In this document: piece by piece, positions 28,993-32,000 of the stretch
Layout: each line of letters opens with the position of its first letter
How positions within the stretch are numbered: position 1 is the stretch's first letter
Assembly (NCBI RefSeq): GCF_001950255.1
Contig: NZ_BDJK01000014.1
Span: 9,966 to 41,965 of the forward strand
Length of the DNA stretch: 32,000 bases
From: Carboxydothermus pertinax
GTDB lineage: Bacteria > Bacillota > Z-2901 > Carboxydothermales > Carboxydothermaceae
Reading direction: 5' to 3'
Notes under the pieces: model-generated
What the model was told of the DNA's origin: nothing
Database searches by the model: none
What the model saw: only the letters and a program-made list of their open reading frames with translations
Made by a program: the position numbers and the translations under genes

Positions 28993-29794
28993 AAATTTTT
29001 TTAACAATTATGTCTAATTTAATGATCTCTATCCCGGTTTGTCTTTCAAATTCTTTAACTACTTGGGGAATGAAATTTTTAATTTGTTGAGGAATGTTTT
29101 GGCTTTTCTCAACCGCTACATCTACTTTTACTGCTAATTGTCCATAGGAGTAAGTTAATTCCACCTTTAAAACTCTTTTTATAGGTTTATTTTTGGTAAT
29201 AATAAAAGTTAAAATTTTTTCCAAGACTTCTTCAGCTATTGACAGCTTACCCCTTTCGTTATAGAAGGGTTTAACGATGGTTTTGTCAAAAACTGTTTTG
29301 TTTTGTTTACCCCTTTTAAAATAAACTCTTATTGGTTCAAAAAAAATTGAAGGTAATGATTTTTTAACTTCAAAAGCTGGAACTGGAATAACGTGTTTTC
29401 CAAGACGTGAACGCTGAAAACGGGCAAGTTTAATTTCTTCCGGTGATGCCACTTCTTCTATATATATATATTTTTGGGGTTTTTCAATGGATAAATTTTC
29501 ACATATTTTTTCTACCATATTTTTCGAAGTACCTAAAACTAAAATATTTGCTGATTTGTAATTTGCCAGAATATTTCTGGCCATCTCCCGGTGGAAATCA
29601 TCTTGAAAGAGGGCTACGCGGATAGCGGCAATTTTGGAATTCTGCTTTTTAGCGGAGACACCACCCAAAATCTGTTGCCCTTTAATAATTAAACCATCGT
29701 CAATTATTAATTGACAATTATTTTCATAGGCAATCAGAGCCGCTCGGTGACTTTTTCCTGTGCCGCTTGGTCCTACAAAACCGACTGTTGCCAT
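28985..29794 (-). CDS. P-loop NTP-binding protein with C-terminal Asp23/Gls24-like domain
   Basis: Walker A-like GFVGPSGTGKS near the N-terminus. C-terminal GKLSIAEEVLEKILTFI...VKVDVAVEKSQNIPQQIKNFIPQVVKEFERQTGIEIIKLDIIVKKI resembles Asp23/DUF322. Confidence 0.7.
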   Translation of the reverse strand: MATVGFVGPSGTGKSHRAALIAYENNCQLIIDDGLIIKGQQILGGVSAKKQNSKIAAIRVALFQDDFHREMARNILANYKSANILVLGTSKNMVEKICENLSIEKPQKYIYIEEVASPEEIKLARFQRSRLGKHVIPVPAFEVKKSLPSIFFEPIRVYFKRGKQNKTVFDKTIVKPFYNERGKLSIAEEVLEKILTFIITKNKPIKRVLKVELTYSYGQLAVKVDVAVEKSQNIPQQIKNFIPQVVKEFERQTGIEIIKLDIIVKKISI

Positions 29795-29849
29795 TTACAA
29801 GCTCCTTTCTTCTTAAAAAGTCTGTAATTAATTTAGGAGGTGCAATGTA

Positions 29850-30683
29850 ATGAAAATGTGGTTTTATGAAAAGCATAATGAGAATTATCAAGTAGCCTGG
29901 CGGGTTTCTGATATATTATACCAGAAAAAAACTCCATATCAAAATCTTACGGTGGTAGAATTTGCTGAATTAGGTCGGGCCTTAGTTTTAGATGAGGCCG
30001 TACAAACTACTGAAAAAGAAGAGTATGTATATCATGAAATGCTTGTACATCCTGCTGCCTTTACCCATAAAGCTCCTCGAAAGGCTTTAATCATTGGGGG
30101 GGGAGATGGAGGAACTCTGCGGGAAGTTTTAAAACACGAGACAATTGAAAAGGTTGATTTAGTCGAGATAGATGAAGAAGTAATCAAAGCAGCAAGGGAA
30201 TATTTACCTTTTTTAAGTCAAAGTTTTAATGATCCAAGGGTAAACATTATAATTGACGACGGTATCCGCTTTGTAAAAAACGTTAAAAACACCTACGACT
30301 TAATTTTTGTTGACGCATCTGATCCAGTGGGACCAGCTGTAGTCTTATACAGCGAGGAATTTTACCGCTCTCTTTTCGATGCCTTAAAAGAGGATGGGGT
30401 TGTTTCAGTTCAATCTGAATCTCCAAATTTTTATCCAGAAATTTTTACTAAAATTGTTACCACATTAAAAGATATCTTTCCAGTTGTAAATATTGCTTTA
30501 GCCCCAGTACCGGCTTATATTAGTGGCTTTTTTGCTTTTACCGTTGCTTCAAAGTGCTATAATCCTAAGGAAGTTATTCCTAAAATTAATTTTGCTACCA
30601 AGTATTATAATGAAGATATTCATCAAGCTTGCTTTGCATTACCTAATTTTGTAAAAGAAATGCTTAAGTCCGCTAACCTTTAG
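29850..30683 (+). CDS. speE: Polyamine aminopropyltransferase (spermidine synthase)
   Basis: MWFYEKHNENYQVAWRVSDILYQKKTPYQNLTVVE, YHEMLVHPA, IIGGGDGGTLREVLKH, DLIFVDASDPVGPAVVLYSEEFYR. Confidence 0.95.
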   Translation: MKMWFYEKHNENYQVAWRVSDILYQKKTPYQNLTVVEFAELGRALVLDEAVQTTEKEEYVYHEMLVHPAAFTHKAPRKALIIGGGDGGTLREVLKHETIEKVDLVEIDEEVIKAAREYLPFLSQSFNDPRVNIIIDDGIRFVKNVKNTYDLIFVDASDPVGPAVVLYSEEFYRSLFDALKEDGVVSVQSESPNFYPEIFTKIVTTLKDIFPVVNIALAPVPAYISGFFAFTVASKCYNPKEVIPKINFATKYYNEDIHQACFALPNFVKEMLKSANL

Positions 30684-30694
30684 CGGACTTTTTT
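30666..30694 (+). terminator. Intrinsic terminator after speE
   Basis: AAGTCCGCTA-ACCTT-TAGCGGACTT followed by TTTT. Overlaps the speE stop. Confidence 0.88.
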
Positions 30695-30746
30695 ATAAAA
30701 AAAGGAATTTTACAATTTAAAAAGAATATAAAAAAGAGGGAAGAAA

Positions 30747-31172
30747 ATGGGAAACAAAGTTTTAAAAATGTTAAAAGAAGATAATTTTTCCCTACCGTCT
30801 TCAGAAAAAATTTTATTAAAATCTTTAAGTACCTTAACTCGAGAAGAGCGAAAAAAATATTACCAAGAATTGGTACCTATCTTAAAAAAATTAAAAATAG
30901 ACCTTAAAAGCTTTTTTAAAGCTAATCCTCAACAGCGGGAGAGATACTTAAATGCTTTAATTGAAGATATTCTTGCCAGTAATGGTAATATTAATATTTT
31001 AAATTTAACCATTATTAAAGCTTTAGGTTCACTTAGTTTTTATCATTTATTAAATAGTAAAGCTAAAGAAAGAAACATTAAACTTACATTGCAAACGAAT
31101 AATTTTACTTTTATAATTTGGCTTTTTGTATTTTTTTTAATTCTAATTTATATATTATTAAATAGGAGATGA
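30747..31172 (+). CDS. Uncharacterised 141-aa protein with C-terminal transmembrane helix (tail-anchored topology)
   Basis: Charged helical N-terminal portion, then FTFIIWLFVFFLILIYILLNRR at the extreme C-terminus. GAGGG SD before ATG. Confidence 0.6.
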   Translation: MGNKVLKMLKEDNFSLPSSEKILLKSLSTLTREERKKYYQELVPILKKLKIDLKSFFKANPQQRERYLNALIEDILASNGNINILNLTIIKALGSLSFYHLLNSKAKERNIKLTLQTNNFTFIIWLFVFFLILIYILLNRR

Positions 31173-31176
31173 AAGG

Positions 31177-31722
31177 TTGAGACCGTTTGAAAATGCCTTA
31201 AGAGATTTTATTTTTTTCTCTGGTAAACATCGGATTGCTGAACGCACTGGAGGTACCTTACGGGGAGATAAAATTTATCTATCATATCTTGGAAAAAAGT
31301 TTTACTTTGATTTAACTCGGTTTGCTTTTAGTACATTAAATCTTGACGAATTTGAGAAGACCTTAATTGTTCGCTATTTATTTCAGGCAAGCGGTTTTCC
31401 TCCAAAAAATAAGTGGCTGTCATTTTTAGATTTACCTGAAGGAATGCACCACTATCAACCTTTTGCCTATGAAGCCTTGAAACCTTTGGCCGAAAAGCCT
31501 CTAATTAAGGAAAGGCTTTACTCCTTGAATGCTGAAAAACTTTCTTATGGTTCGACATCGTTTTTAATATACCCGCTTCCTAAGATACCCATTGCAGTTG
31601 TTAAATGGAATAATCAAAAAGGTCAAGTATTATTTGACGAAATTTGCCTTACTTATTTGAAAACCGTTGATTTATATGTGCTTGGTATCAAGACGGTTAA
31701 CTATCTGACGGGCGGGATCTAG
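31177..31722 (+). CDS. DUF3786-like protein
   Basis: Pattern YLFQASGFPPKNKWLSFLDLPEGMHHYQPFAYEALKPLAE...PLPKIPIAVVKWNNQKGQVLFDEICLTYLKTVDLYVLG. TTG start. Confidence 0.6.
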   Translation: MRPFENALRDFIFFSGKHRIAERTGGTLRGDKIYLSYLGKKFYFDLTRFAFSTLNLDEFEKTLIVRYLFQASGFPPKNKWLSFLDLPEGMHHYQPFAYEALKPLAEKPLIKERLYSLNAEKLSYGSTSFLIYPLPKIPIAVVKWNNQKGQVLFDEICLTYLKTVDLYVLGIKTVNYLTGGI

Positions 31723-31727
31723 AAAAT

Positions 31728-32000
31728 ATGTTTGGTTTCATGCGACTTCCCAAAAACTATTCTGATACTGAATTTGGAATAAAGTTTCGAGCTACTTATT
31801 GTACCCTTTGTCGGGAGTTGGGCAAAAACTTTGAAGGTTTTAAGGTAATAAACAACTATGATTTTACCTTTTGGGCCATTTTTATTGATACGCTCCTTGA
31901 AAATCATGAAAACCTTGAAGAGTTTTTTTGCCTTTATACCCTTAAAAAAAAATTTCGCTTTAAAAACCCTACTTATGGAATAACAAAAGCAGGATATTAT
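31728..32000 (+). CDS. DUF5685-like protein, 3'-truncated by window edge
   Basis: Open frame to window end: MFGFMRLPKNYSDTEFGIKFRATYCTLCRELGKNFEGFKVINNYDFTFWAIFIDTLLENHENLEEFFCLYTLKKKFRFKNPTYGITKAGYY. The YCxLCRxLG...NYDxTF pattern is present. Not in the supplied ORF track. Confidence 0.7.
   Translation, partial: MFGFMRLPKNYSDTEFGIKFRATYCTLCRELGKNFEGFKVINNYDFTFWAIFIDTLLENHENLEEFFCLYTLKKKFRFKNPTYGITKAGYY

Overview
The window matches a Carboxydothermus-like Firmicute chromosome (organism inferred from protein recognition). It is dominated by a nearly complete, same-strand Wood-Ljungdahl / CODH-ACS cluster at about 6.7-23.8 kb: cooC-type ATPase, acsA (CODH), acsB (ACS), acsC, a RACo-type corrinoid reactivase (acsV), a second cooC-type ATPase, acsD, acsE, hdrC, hdrB, a double-module hdrA, an mvhD-like protein, metV and metF. 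Upstream are the end of hemB, a NirJ2/AhbD-like radical SAM gene and hemL. These are followed by a minus-strand tRNA operon (Pro-Tyr-Gln-Leu) with a near-consensus promoter and a hairpin terminator, a phasin-like coiled-coil gene, an ABC1/UbiB kinase-like gene and a secreted phosphatase-fold-like protein. Downstream are a PHP phosphoesterase, DnaD- and DnaC-like primosomal genes, a second UbiB-family gene, a DUF362/ferredoxin protein, a convergent P-loop plus Asp23-like gene, speE, a tail-anchored small protein, a DUF3786-like gene and a truncated DUF5685-like gene that is missing from the ORF track. I saw no CRISPR array, transposon or phage module. The main system is known biology. The points most worth a second look are the divergent HdrA/MvhD electron-transfer proteins, the strong hairpins inside the acs cluster, the paired CooC ATPases, the two UbiB paralogs and the P-loop/Asp23 fusion.
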